Shown here piece after piece: positions 1 through 11,800 of a stretch of 64,000 bases of DNA. The position numbers were made by a program, and so were the translations under genes. Source of the stretch: Leucoraja ocellata (lineage: Eukaryota); the NCBI GenBank assembly GCA_036785375.1, contig JAWMAR010000025.1, positions 8,432,001 through 8,496,000 on the forward strand, given 5' to 3'. Every line of letters begins with the position of its first letter. Within the stretch, counting starts at the first letter, position 1. The notes beneath the pieces are model-generated. The model ran no database searches, was not told where the DNA came from, and was given only the letters and a program-made list of their open reading frames with translations.

Positions 1-1778
1 ACCTTAACCTGGCTGCTTCGAAGACGGATTCAACAATTTTTTTCTTCAACTGAACTCTTGAACCTAGCCCCAAACTTTTCTAGATCTCTTTCTCCTGCTC
101 TGCCAATTTCCAGCAATGTTTCTATGTTGCCTTCCTGGTGGAACACGAGCGCCCATTCATGTCGGAGAAATGAATGTGACCTCGCTTATATCCATCAATC
201 ACTCTTCTTGTAATGACAAACCCTGCCGGATGTGATACTTGCCAGCTGATAAGCCTGTTCCCTGACAATATCATCGGACATAAAGTGGCCCACTTATGAA
301 TGGTGACTATTTTCTCCACAGAATGAAAATGTCAAGGGCGAGGCTTGAACTTGGAGCAAATATCATATACGGCCCAACACGACACTATGGAAATTTTAAC
401 ATTTGCTTCATTGACCAACACTGAATCACAGGACGTTGGAGGATTAAATGAATGGAATCTATTTGTTACTGTGGACTCTGCTAGTCAGCCCAGTTATTAA
501 TGCCCTTTGATGACCCATTGTGACTCAGAGTTAAATATGCTCTTCATCTTTTATTAATATTTCACCCCATAATTTTCTGTAAGTTTTCCACTTACAAATC
601 CCCAACCTATACACTCTAACAACCTGTAAAGTATTTACAGTTTATAAGACTGCAATTCGGATAAATAAATGAGGGGTAAGCCATTTAGAACGGAGACGAG
701 GAAACACTTTTTCTCACAGAGAGTTGTGAGTCTGTGGAATTCTCTTGACTCAGAGGGCGGTGGAGGCCAGTTCTCTGGATACTTTCAAGAGAGAGCTAGA
801 TAAGGCTCTTAAAGATAGTGGGGTCAGGGGATATGGGGAGAAGGCAGGAACGGGGTACTGATTGGGGATGATCAGCCATGATCACATTGAATGGCGGTGC
901 TGGCTCGAAGGGCCGGATGGCCTACTCCTGCACCTATTGTCTATTGTCTATAAATCATTTCAAATGAGGGATTATTTATGACTATTTGACATTAGACCTG
1001 TATGACTATTTTCTATGTTCAAGATTAATAGGACGAGGGGTGGGCCATTCAGCCTTCATCCCTGATGCTGTTCCATTCAAACTGCGCTTCCGCTTTGACA
1101 TATTGTATCTGATCCATGTCCCTTAATGTACCTACACCACAGATCTCAGTCCTGAAAGATCCATTTAATCCAACTTCTGCAGGTTTTGTACAAGACGTTG
1201 GTGAGGCCGCATTTGGAATATTGTGTTCAGTTTTGGTTACTCTGCCATGAGGAAGGATGTTGTCAAGCTGGACAGCGTTTGAGAAGATTTACAAGGATGT
1301 TGCCTGGACTTGAGAGCCTGAGCTGCAGGGAATGGTTGGGCAAGTTAGGACTATTCCTAGGAGCACAGAAGGATGAGGGATGATCTTATGGTGGTGTATA
1401 AAATCATTAGGGGAATAGATAGGGTAAATACACAGAGTCTTTTTTTCTCCCTTTCATTCTTTGAGACCTGTTCTCTGGCCAACTTTATGGTTCAGTAACT
1501 GGGAATTATTCCTGAATAACCCTTTGTAGTGTTATAGTTGTATGAATGCAAGCTCCTACAGTTGTGTGTGATATGGCTCATAAGGTTAATTGTAGCCAGT
1601 TTGATACTGAAAGGTTAATAATGAGACTGATAATTACATATATTTATCAAGTTAAAGTATCTGACTGTGAGTCACAGAGTCATACAGTGTGCAAATAGGC
1701 CCTTCGCTTAATGTGCCCAGACAGACCATCTATACAATCCCACCTGCCTGCAGTTGGCCCATATCCTTCTAAACCTAT

Positions 1779-2090
1779 TTTAGTTTAGTTTAGATACAGC
1801 ACGGAAACAGGCCCTTCGGCCCACCGGGTCCGCGCCGTCCAGCGATCCCCGCACATTAACACTATCCTACACCCGCAAGGGGCAATGTTTACATTTACAA
1901 AGCCAATTAAGCTACAAACTTGTACGTCTTTGGAGTGTGGGGGGGGGAAATCGAAGATCTCAGAGAAAACCCACGCAGGTCATGGGGAGAACGTACAAAC
2001 TGCGTACAGACAGCACCCGTAGTCGGGATCGAACCCGGGTCTCCGGTGCTGCATTCGCTGTAAGGCAGCAACTCTACCGCTGCGCCACCA
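1779..2090 (-). mobile_element. tRNA-derived SINE, same family
   Basis: Reverse complement of 4186-4502. Other copies at about 9000-9310(-), 9611-9900(+), 10820-11050(-), 17660-17886(+), 18660-18970(+), 29170-29476(-), 29621-29782(+), 33040-33240(+) and 40785-41065(+). Confidence 0.8.
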
Positions 2091-4185
2091 TATACCTGTC
2101 CAAATGTTTTTTAAACAGTGTGAAAGTACCTGCCCCAACAACCTCCTCTGGCAGCTCGTTCCATATACCAACCACCCTTTGTGTAAAAATGGCTTCAAAG
2201 TTCTAGCAGTTTACAGGCTGAGATAAACTTTGAAGTTGGTTTTCACTCAATGAAAATATTTTTTTTAGAAATTACTTTTCAACTTTACTAATTGTTGGTG
2301 GAACTGACGAGAAACCTTATTGAGATTAAGCAGATCTAAATTTCTGGCAGCTTTCTGGCATTTTGCACATATGCAAAAACAAGAGGAAGATCAAAGGATC
2401 TATAAGATTGTACTTAACGTGTGGCCCCTTAATTCTGTTCCTATCACTTCTGACCTTATGAAACCCAAGCGGTCACAGGGAGAATGTGCAAACTCCAATC
2501 AGACAGCACCCAGAGGTTAGGATCGAACACTGGTCTCTGGCATTGTGGCCAGCCACACCTCTGTGCCGGTGATGAATGAGTCCTAGAGCCCTTGAAAAAG
2601 GACCCCCTATAAATATCTCATCTAAATGCAAGCTCTGCGAATATCATGCACTTTAAAAAGAGGAAACGTCAAACCCATTGAAGGAATGTTTCTTTTATTT
2701 CCTGGAATGCCTCCTGACATGTGGGAAACCATAGAAGTGGTTTCTATGTTCTAACAGTCGATGAAATATTTTGTTCGTGGTTCATTTCCTTTTTGGGCTG
2801 GGAGGGCCACGGGTTCACTTTGAACGTTGCTCGTGAATGTCAAACGTGAAACACAGGATTTGGTTGTTCAAACTAAACTTAAGCAATGCAACTGTTTAGA
2901 TGGTGGCTGATGAAAGGGAGAAATGTGCATGTGTGCGGGGCAGATTTCCTGGACTTCTGCAGGTGTGCATACAAGAGGTCCACTAGATGAATGGATGAAA
3001 TCTTTCACAAGCCACTTATTGCCAGAGAGGGTGTTAAGGCATTGGCAAAAAATTCTTCAGCTCTAAGATAAAAGGTTTCACACTCAAGTGGTGGAGTGAG
3101 ACAGGATTGAGTTGGAGTTTTGAGTTTTGAGTTTAGTTTATGGTCACATGTTTAGTTTAGTTTGGAGATACATCGCGGAGACAAGTCCTTCGGCCCATCG
3201 AGTCCGTGCCGACCATCCATCCCCACACCCTCTGACTAACCTACACACACACTAGGGACAATTTACAATTTCACCAGTAATTGTGTAAACCAATTAACCT
3301 GTAAACCTGAGAGTGGGAGGATATGCTGAGAGAATAGAGCAGCTGGGCTTGTACACTGCGGAGTTTAGAAGGATGAGAGGGGATCTTATTGAAACATATA
3401 AGATTATTAAGGGTTTGGACACGCTGGAGGCAGGAAACATGTTCCCGATGTTGGGGGAGTCCAGAACCAGGAGCCACAGTTTACGAATAAGGAGCAAGCC
3501 ATTTAGAACGGAAACGAGGTAACGCTTTTTCTCACAGAGAGTGGTGAGTCTGTGTAATTCTCTGCCTCAGAGAGCAGTGGAGGCAGGTTCTCTGGATGCT
3601 TTCAAGAGAGAGCTAGATAGGGCTCTTAAAAATAGCGGAGTCATTGGGGATATGGGGAGAAGGCAGGAACGGGGTACTGACTGGGGATGATCAGCCATGA
3701 TCACATTGAATGGCGGTGCTGACTCGAAGGGCCGAATGGCCCACTCCCGCACGTGTTGTTTATTATTATTATTATTGAAACCGCAGCACCCGGAGAAAAC
3801 CCACGCAGTCACTGGGAGAACGTACAAACTCCGCACAGACAGCACCCGTAGTCAGGATCGAACCCGGGTCACTGGCGCTGTGAGGCAGAAGCTCAGAGTG
3901 TGGCTGAAGACAACGAACAAATACACCAGGTGCTGGTTCACAAGTAAAGGCACAAAAGGCTGGAGTAACTCAGCGGGTCAGGCACCATCCCTAGAGAACA
4001 TGGATAGGTGACATTTTGTGTTGGGATCCTTCTTCAGACTCAAAGCCTTAAGGTGAGTAGGTCAAAATTGAATAGGAACCTGAGGAGCAACATTTCCACC
4101 CAGAATGTAGTGGGTATATGGAATGAGCCGCCAGAGGAGGCAGTTGGAACAGGTGCTATAATAACACGGTGGCGCACAACTAAGG

Positions 4186-4502
4186 GTGGTCACGGTGGCG
4201 CAGCGGTAGAGTTGCTGCCTGACAGCCAATACAGCGCCGGAGACCTGGGTTCGATCCCGACTACGGGTGCTGTCTGTACGGAGTTTGTATAATTCTCCCT
4301 GTGACCTGCGTGGGTTTTCTCTGAGATCGTCGGTTTCCTCCCACACTCCAAAGACCCTATGGTTTGTAGGTTAAGTGGCTTGGTAAATGTAAACATTGTC
4401 CCTAGTGGGGTGTAGTGTGGTGTTAATGTGAGGGGGGTCGCTGGTCGGCGCGGACCCGGTGGGCCAAAGGGCCTGTTCCCGCGGTGTATCTCTAAACTAA
4501 AC
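4186..4502 (+). mobile_element. tRNA-derived SINE (HE1/V-SINE-like), full length
   Basis: Pol III A box TGGCGCAGCGG and B box GGTTCGATCCC, central conserved body, LINE-like 3' end GGGCCAAAGGGCCTGTT... and CTAAA tail. Confidence 0.8.
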
Positions 4503-5719
4503 ATTTCGGACATTGGGACTAGAAACATAGAAAACAGGTACAGGAGTAGGCCATTCGGCCCTTCGAGCCTGCACCGCCATTCAATATGATCATGGCTGAT
4601 CATCCAACTCAGTATCCTGTACCTGCCTTCTCTCCATACCCGCTGATCCCTTTAGCCACATCTAACTCCCGCTCTTAAATATAGCCAATGAACTGTGGCC
4701 TCAACTACCTTCTGTGGCAGAGAATTCCACAGATTCACCACTCTCATGGGTTAGAGGGATATGGGCCAAATATTGACACATAATAGCTTACATGGATAAT
4801 CTTGGTCAGCATGGACGAGTTGGGCCGAAAGGCCTGTTTCTGTACCATATGAGCCTATGTCTTGACTGGATCCTTAATTCACTAGATCCTTAACGAAATG
4901 TTCATTAAAATGCCCCTCAATAAAGCATGTTATTTCGTTTTCCACCACTGCCCCCCCCCAGCTCTCCGCCCCCAAACTCTGTCCACATTCCATCCTTTTG
5001 TTAGGTTCCACCCATGAATATTAGTAGATCTGTGTAGATCAGTCTCCAATGGACGGCAAACGGAACAATATTACCATTCAGGAACTGGGTCAAAATAACA
5101 AATGGAGTCGCAACAAAGATATGGAACAAAAGGTCCCAAACAAATCTAATTTCTTTTCAGTGTAAAGGAGGGCAGTGTTATTTTCAGCAGGCGAAGGTTG
5201 TTCTTGTAAAGCATCTCATGATTCCCATCAGCAGAGGGAATCATCACAATGAACAAAGTCTGTGAAGGGGAATGCGTGTCACACAATAGGTGCAGCTGGT
5301 TCAGGCTTCCTGAGTGTGAAAGTGGGTACTAACTCTTTCATACGGTTGAGTTGCGAACATTCCATGGCAGAAATCGCTTCATTTGACAAGTCTCACATGG
5401 ATCAACGAGGCTTTTGTGAGGTTGGCAGAATGTGGGAAACAGAGATAAATCAGCAGCTTTGTTCCCGGAGCTTAGAAAGGAAAAGAAAGGAAATGTTTAA
5501 AAAAAAAAAAAAAAAAATTAAAATTGGCAGTGTAGATTCTTTTTCAAGCAGTTGCGGGAATCATCGGTGTAAGGGGGTAAGGGTGGGAAGGCTGGCGTTC
5601 TTCATCCACATTCGTTACTTAATGCCCACGGTGACAATTGCTTGCTTTCCATGTCAGCGTAAATCATTGTTAAAAGAGCTCTTCCTAAGAGATCCTACAG
5701 AAGAGGGTTCTTGTACTCG

Positions 5720-6143
5720 GCTTGTACTCGCTAGAATTTAGAAGATTGAGGGGGGATCTTATAGAAACTTACAACATTCTTAAGGGGTTGGACAGGCTAG
5801 ATGCAGGAAGATTGTTCCCGATGTTGGGGAAGTCCAGAACAAGGGTTACAGTTTAAGGATAAGGGGGAAATCTTTTAGGACCGAGATGAGAAAAACATTT
5901 TTCACACAGAGAGTGGTGAATCTGTGGAATTCTCTGCCACAGAAGGTAGTTGAGGCCAATTCATTGGCCATATTTAAGAGGGAGTTAGATGTGGCCCTTG
6001 TGGTTAAAGGGATCAGGGGGTATGGAGAGAAGGCAGGTACAGGATACCGAGTTGGATGGTCAGCCATGATCATATTGAGTGGTGGTGCAGGCTCGAAGGG
6101 CCAAATGGCCTACTCCTGCACCTATTTTCTATGTTTCTATGTT
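5720..6143 (+). mobile_element. CR1-type LINE 3' fragment
   Basis: Same family. Further short ends at about 672-950(+), 1181-1440(+), 3320-3750(+), 4521-4744(-), 15380-15770(+), 16364-16634(+), 32738-33025(-), 38434-38696(+) and 44150-44840(-). Confidence 0.85.
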
Positions 6144-6440
6144 AAGAGGAATTTTTCCAGGGAGTTCTCTCTCAAGCTCTATCCACCTCCATGGTTCAGA
6201 AAATCTGTAAAGTTGGAAGGAACTGCAGTTGCTGGTTTTGCACTGAAGGTCGACACAAAATGCTGGAGTAATTCAGCGGGTCAAGCAGGTCTCGGGAGAA
6301 AAAGGATGGGTGGCGTTTTGAGTCGGAACCCCTTCCTCAGACTTCTACAGAGATACAGTGCGGAAACAGGCACTTCACACAAACTCAGTACAAGCAGCAC
6401 ACCCTTAGTCAGGATTGAACCTGGGATTCTGGCACTGTAA

Positions 6441-6760
6441 TAGCCCTGTGCCACGGTGCGAGTTCATTCCAAGAGCTCTCCCGAGTTTAAAAAAAATCAA
6501 ACTCGTGGTAAGCACGGAGAATGAACGTAGTGGGTACGTCGGAGCTCGGGGACGTCTCTTAGCGCTAACGGCAGGTACTCGGGAAGACTCGCTAACGGCA
6601 GGTAAGCACGGGAAGTCTCGTGAAGATTTTTCAACATGATGAAAAATGTCCACGAGAGCCCCGAGTACCGTCGAGTGGCCATTACCGTAAATCTCCGAGT
6701 TCGAATCAGGGCAAACTCGGGAGAGCTCTTGGATTGAACTCGTACAGTGGGACAGGGGTT
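6441..6760. mobile_element. PIF/Harbinger-type MITE inserted in a SINE
   Basis: About 45-bp imperfect TIRs (TAGCCCTGTGCCAC... / ...GTGGGACAGGGGTT) and TAA target duplication at 6438-6440 and 6761-6763. Confidence 0.75.
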
Positions 6761-6840
6761 TAACTGTACAGCTGCGTCACTGTGCGGCCCTTAAATGTTG
6801 GGAGAGAAGGAGGGGAAATGTTGCGGTTATAAATGTATAA

Positions 6841-7646
6841 ATGTGAGGTTATCCATTTTGGTGGCAAAAACAGGAAAGCAGACTATTATCTAAATGGTGG
6901 CCGACTAGAAAAGGGGAGATGCAGCGAGACCTGGGTGTCATGGTACACCAGTCATTGAAAGTAGGCATGCAGGTGCAGCAGGCAGTGAAGAAAGCGAATG
7001 GTATGTTAGCTTTCATAGCAAAAGGATTTGAGTATAGGAGCAGGGAGGTTCTACTGCAGTTGTACAGGGTCTTGGTGAGACCACACCTGGAGTATTGCGT
7101 ACAGTTTTGGTCTCCAAATCTGAGGAAGGACATTATTGCCATAGAGGTAGTGCAGAGACGGTTCACCAGACTGATTCCTGGGATGTCAGGACTGTCTTAT
7201 GAAGAAAGACTGGATAGACTTGGTTTATACTCTCTAGAATTTAGGAGATTGAGAGGGGATCTCATAGAAACTTACAAAATTCTTAAGGGGTTGGACAGGC
7301 TAGATGCAGGAAGATTGCTCCCGATGTTGGGGAAGTCCAGGACAAGGGGTCACAGCTTAAGGATAAGGAGGAAATCCTTTAAAACCGAGATGAGAAGAAC
7401 TTTTTTCACACAGAGAGTGGTGAATCTCTGGAACTCTCTGCCACAGAGGGTAGTCGAGGGCAGTTCATTGGCTATATTTTAGAGGGAGTTAGATGTGGCC
7501 CTTGTGGCTAAGGGGATCAGAGGGTATGGAGAGAAGGCAGGTACGGGATACAGAGTTGGATGATCAGCCATGATCATATTGAATGGCGGTGCAGGCTCGA
7601 AGAGCCGAATGGCCTACTCCTGCACCTAATTTCTATGTTTCTATGT
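6841..7646 (+). mobile_element. CR1-type LINE 3' fragment (end of ORF2 + 3' UTR)
   Basis: ORF 6919-7482 (RDLGVMVH...[15 protein letters not shown]...RGDLIETYK...FFTQRVVNLWNSLP) is the typical CR1 ORF2 C-terminus. Ends in a TTTCTATG repeat tail. Confidence 0.9.
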
Positions 7647-7956
7647 TGAAAGACAGAAGGAATTGCAGATGCTGGTTTACAATAAAAAAGACACAATGTG
7701 CTGGAGTCACTCCACGGGTCGGGCAGCATCTCTGCAGAACGCAAATAGATAACATTCCTAGTCGAGGTCCTTCTCCAACTGGTTTGGATAGAAAATAGTG
7801 AAGAATTCTTTCTCAGAACTGCGCTGTAAAAGGTGCCCTCTTTTGCCTAAATTAGAACTCCATCTCGTATCTTGGTGGATGTACATGATTTAACAGCGCC
7901 ATTACCAAAGCATTGTAGGAAGTTTTCCCAGTCTCCTAAACACCATTTTACCCTGT

Positions 7957-8205
7957 GTTTAAGAAGGAACTGCAGATGCTGGAAAATTCAAAGGTACACA
8001 AAAATGCTGGAGAAACTCAGCGGGTGCAGCAGCATCTATGGAGCGAAGGAAATAGGCAACGTTTCGGGCCGAAACCCGGAAGGGTTTCGGCTCGAAACGT
8101 TACCTATTTCCTTCCTGAAGGGTTTCGGCCCGAAACGTTGCCTATTTCCTTCGCTCCATAGATGCTGCTGCACCCGCTGAGTTTCTCCAGCATTTTTGTG
8201 CACCT
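7957..8205. repeat. PLE-derived palindromic (fold-back) element
   Basis: Inverted arms ...TGCTGGAGAAACTCAGCGGGTGCAGCAGCATCTATGGAGCGAAGGAAATAGGCAACGTTTCGGGCCGAAAC, matching the PLE tail at 61070-61140. Confidence 0.8.
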
Positions 8206-8546
8206 AACATTTCACCCTAGTTAGTTGCACTAAAAAATAACTCTCTGGCATTCTATTTTTATCACTGAGGGAGTTTACTGAGTTGAAATTACCCCCACTT
8301 GACACAGCAGATAAACTTGGGAAAGTATTTAATTAGCGTGCGATACTTTGGTCCATTCTGGGGTCATAAGAGGCACTACATTGAGAGATTATGGAGAAAT
8401 CAAATACTAGAGGGTGCAGCTTTAAGGTGAGAGGGGAAAGATTTAAAGGGGATGTGCAGCACATCATTTTTACACAGAGGATTGGTGAGTTCCAGGTACA
8501 GGGGTATTGTTGAGCGAGATACAATAGTGGTATCTAAGAGGCTTTT

Positions 8547-8855
8547 AGGGCCCGTCTCACAGTACGAGATAATTCAAGAGTTCTCCCGAGTTTCCCCTGA
8601 TTCGAACCCGGAGAATTACGGTAATGGCAGCTCGTAGGTACTCGGGGCTCTCGTGGACATTTTTCACAGTGCTGAGAAAACCTCACGAGCTTACCGCGTT
8701 TCCCGAGTACCTGCCGTTAGCGTTACGAGCCGCTAAGGGACGTCCCCGAGCTCCGACGTACCAGCTACGTACATTCTACGTACTTACCACGAGTTTGATT
8801 TTTTTTTTAAATTCGGGAGAGCTCTTGAATGAACTCGTACAGTGGGACAGGCCCT
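8547..8855. mobile_element. PIF/Harbinger-type MITE, second copy of the 6441-6760 family in opposite orientation
   Basis: Reverse-complement homology to 6441-6760. TIRs AGGGCCCGTCTCAC / GTGGGACAGGCCCT at a TTA site within a LINE fragment. Confidence 0.75.
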
Positions 8856-11800
8856 TTAGGATTGGCACATGCATACAGGTTTTTGGGGGCATATCGGTTA
8901 TGTGCACATAGATAAAGATGGTCTTGGCATCATGGACAGCATGGACATTGTGGGCCAAAGGGCCTGTGGTGCTGTACTGTTCTATACTCAATGTTTTGTT
9001 TAGTTTAGTTTCATTTCATCAAGGAAACAGGCCCTTCAGCCCAGCAGGTCCACACCGGCCATCGATCACCTATTCACACCAGTCCAAGTTATCCCACTTC
9101 CTACACATTAGGGGCAATTTTACAGAGGGCCAATTAACCTACAACCTCACGTCCTTGGGATGTGGGAGGAAACCAGAGCACCTGGAGGAAGCCCACGCTG
9201 TCACAGGGAGAACGTGAAAACACCACACAAACAGCACCCAAGATCAGGATCGAACCGGGGTCTCTGGCGACGTTAGACGGCAGCCCTACCAGCTGCACCA
9301 CAGTGCAACCCGATATGAATGCAAGTCAAAAATCACAAACATCATTTATTCATATATTTAGACAGAATCTTATGGATGATGTTTGACCCAAATTGCCAGG
9401 GGAAGTTTATAGACAGAAGATAGACACAAAAAGCTGGAGTTACTCAGTGGGACAGGCAGCATGTCTGGAGAGAAGGAACGGGTGACGTTTTGGGTTGAGA
9501 CCCTTCTTCAGACATATTTGTTGCCAGCAGTATTTGCATGGACAAACAGCATTGTGAATTCCCGGAATTAAACTTCCAGGTTCAATAACTCAGAACTATG
9601 CTAACTGTAAGGGCAGCACAGTGACACGGCGGTAGAATTGCTACCTGGGTTCGATCCTGACCACGAGTGCTGTCTGTGTGGAGTTTGCACGTTCTCCCCG
9701 TGACCTGCGTGCGTTTTCTCAGGGATCTCCAGTTTCCTCCCACACTCCAAAGACGCAGAGCTTCGTAGGTTAATTAACTTGGTAAAATTGTAAATTGTCC
9801 CTAGTGTGTGTGAGATAGTGTTAGTGTGCGGGGATCGCTGGTTGGGGCAGACTCGGTGGGCCGAAAGGCCTGTTTCCGCGTTGCATCTCTAAACAAAAGT
9901 AAACTTATATTTAAATTAAACTAATTAAAAATATTTTTTTTATTTTAATGAATCACGTTTAATCTAAAGTTATCCTTATATCATTATTTTGAGAGTACGC
10001 GTGTGTATTTCACGCTGCTGAAATGTATCATTTTATTCAGGCCTGTTCTTGAAGTGGAGTTTGGAATTTCACTGTAGCTGTTTGTCTTGTTAAAAAAAAC
10101 CTATGTTTCATTTAAATAAACATCAGCCCATTCAGTAAAGGATTTGTTCCACCTAGCTACCTAACAGTGCATGGTGCCAAATTGTGACATTTTCTAAAGG
10201 GTATGTGTGGTTGCCTTGTCAACAAGTCAACCCAGCACATATTCAGTTACTGAGAAAGTGCCTTCACTTTCTGAAGTGAAGTGTCGCTGTCTAAATGATC
10301 GCTATGACCTTGCGCTTTAAGGAGAAACTAGATGAGATGACAATTTTTTTTTTGTGTCAACCGTTCCTTTATGGACTGGATTCTTCGAGAGGGTCACAGT
10401 GCAGAATTGTGCTCAGTTATCACCGAGAAAATAGCCCAGTTCACTGATGAACTCACTGTATATCAATCAGGTGTTGTCATTATCCGTGAACAGAGACACA
10501 TCTCACAAACCACTCAAAGAGATGGATGGGTCAAGCTGTACCATTCAATATTTTATATTTTATTCATTCACGGCCTTCAAGCATCAATAAAAGAAAAAGC
10601 TTATCCTCCTTGTAACCAATTCATCGTATCGTGGAACTAATCTTTCAAATCCTTTCATAATTTTGGCTGCATTCATTAAATCTCCTCTGAGCTCCCTTTA
10701 CTCCAGTAATCTCAGCTCATCTTTTATATTTCCGAGTATTATGAATTCCCTTTTTCCCCCCCGCTATTATCAACATATTTGTGCCGTGAACATTCTTCAT
10801 TTGGTATAGTATAGAGATTAGAGATGCAGCGTTGAAACAGGCCCTTCGGCCCACCGAGTCCATACGACCCGTTCACACCAGTTATATGTCATCCCACATT
10901 CGCATCCACTATCTGCACACTCGGGGCAATTTACGGAGGCCAATTAACCTACAAACCTGCACGTCTTTCGGATTGGCAAGAAACCGGGGCACCGAGAGGA
11001 AACCCACATGGTCACAGGGAGAACGTACAAACTCCACACAGACAGCACCCTTTGTTTCAGAAGTGGAGGGAGGCAGAAAGCAAGAAAGTGTGGGCAGGTT
11101 AATGAAACTTAATAGCTGCCATGGAGAAAATGTTGGACTGAGAGTCTGAAGGGTCACCTATCCATGTTTTCCAGAGATGCTGCCTGACCAGCTGAGTTAC
11201 TCCACCACTTTGTGTCCCTTTTCCGTATCAACCAGCAACTGGAGCTGTTTGTTTCTACTATTTATACAATGATAATATCTTACTCGGTAATAGCGAACAA
11301 TCGGTAATAACGACACCCCCCCCCCCCCCCCCCCCCCATGCCCCCACCCTCCCCACGGACTCCTGACACCCATACTAATCAAGATTCTATCAATCACCTC
11401 CATAGTCATCTGTGGCAATGAATTCACCACCCTCTGATTAAAGAAATTCTTCCTCATCTCCTTTCTGAAGGTACATCCATTTATTCCTAGGCTATGCCCT
11501 CTAGCCCTGGTCTCTCCCACGCTGGGAAACATCCCCTCCACATCCACTCTACCCAGTTCGGTGCTGTGGAAGAGTGTTCCCACACTAACCAAGTCTAGGG
11601 CAACATATGGTGAGAAGGGAGGCTCTAACTGTGGTGGTGGGGGGGGGGGGGGGGGGGGGTGCTCCCTGTTTTGAAGCTGGTGGCCATCTGATGATGTTAT
11701 TTTAGGCACGGGCTCTGCATCTCGTCTCCCCCACACAGGATAGTGTGGGCCAGGGTTTACTCCAAGCGCATCCGAGGTTGGTGCGGTGAGACTGGCGTTA

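Noticed and set aside
1-330. Possible exon of an upstream gene on the minus strand
   Set aside because: No recognisable protein motif or convincing splice pair, and it is truncated by the window edge.
4190-4270. tRNA gene suggested by A and B boxes
   Set aside because: It continues into a SINE body and tail, recurs in many decayed copies, and has no complete cloverleaf.
6919-7482. 187-aa ORF and similar ORFs as host genes
   Set aside because: They are CR1-type LINE ORF2 C-terminal fragments, 5'-truncated and repeated many times in the window.
7957-8205. PLE hairpins as pre-miRNAs, CRISPR-like repeats or DNA-transposon MITEs
   Set aside because: The arms match the Penelope 3' tail at 61051-61142, the copies are dispersed and unequally truncated, and there are no spacers or consistent TSDs.
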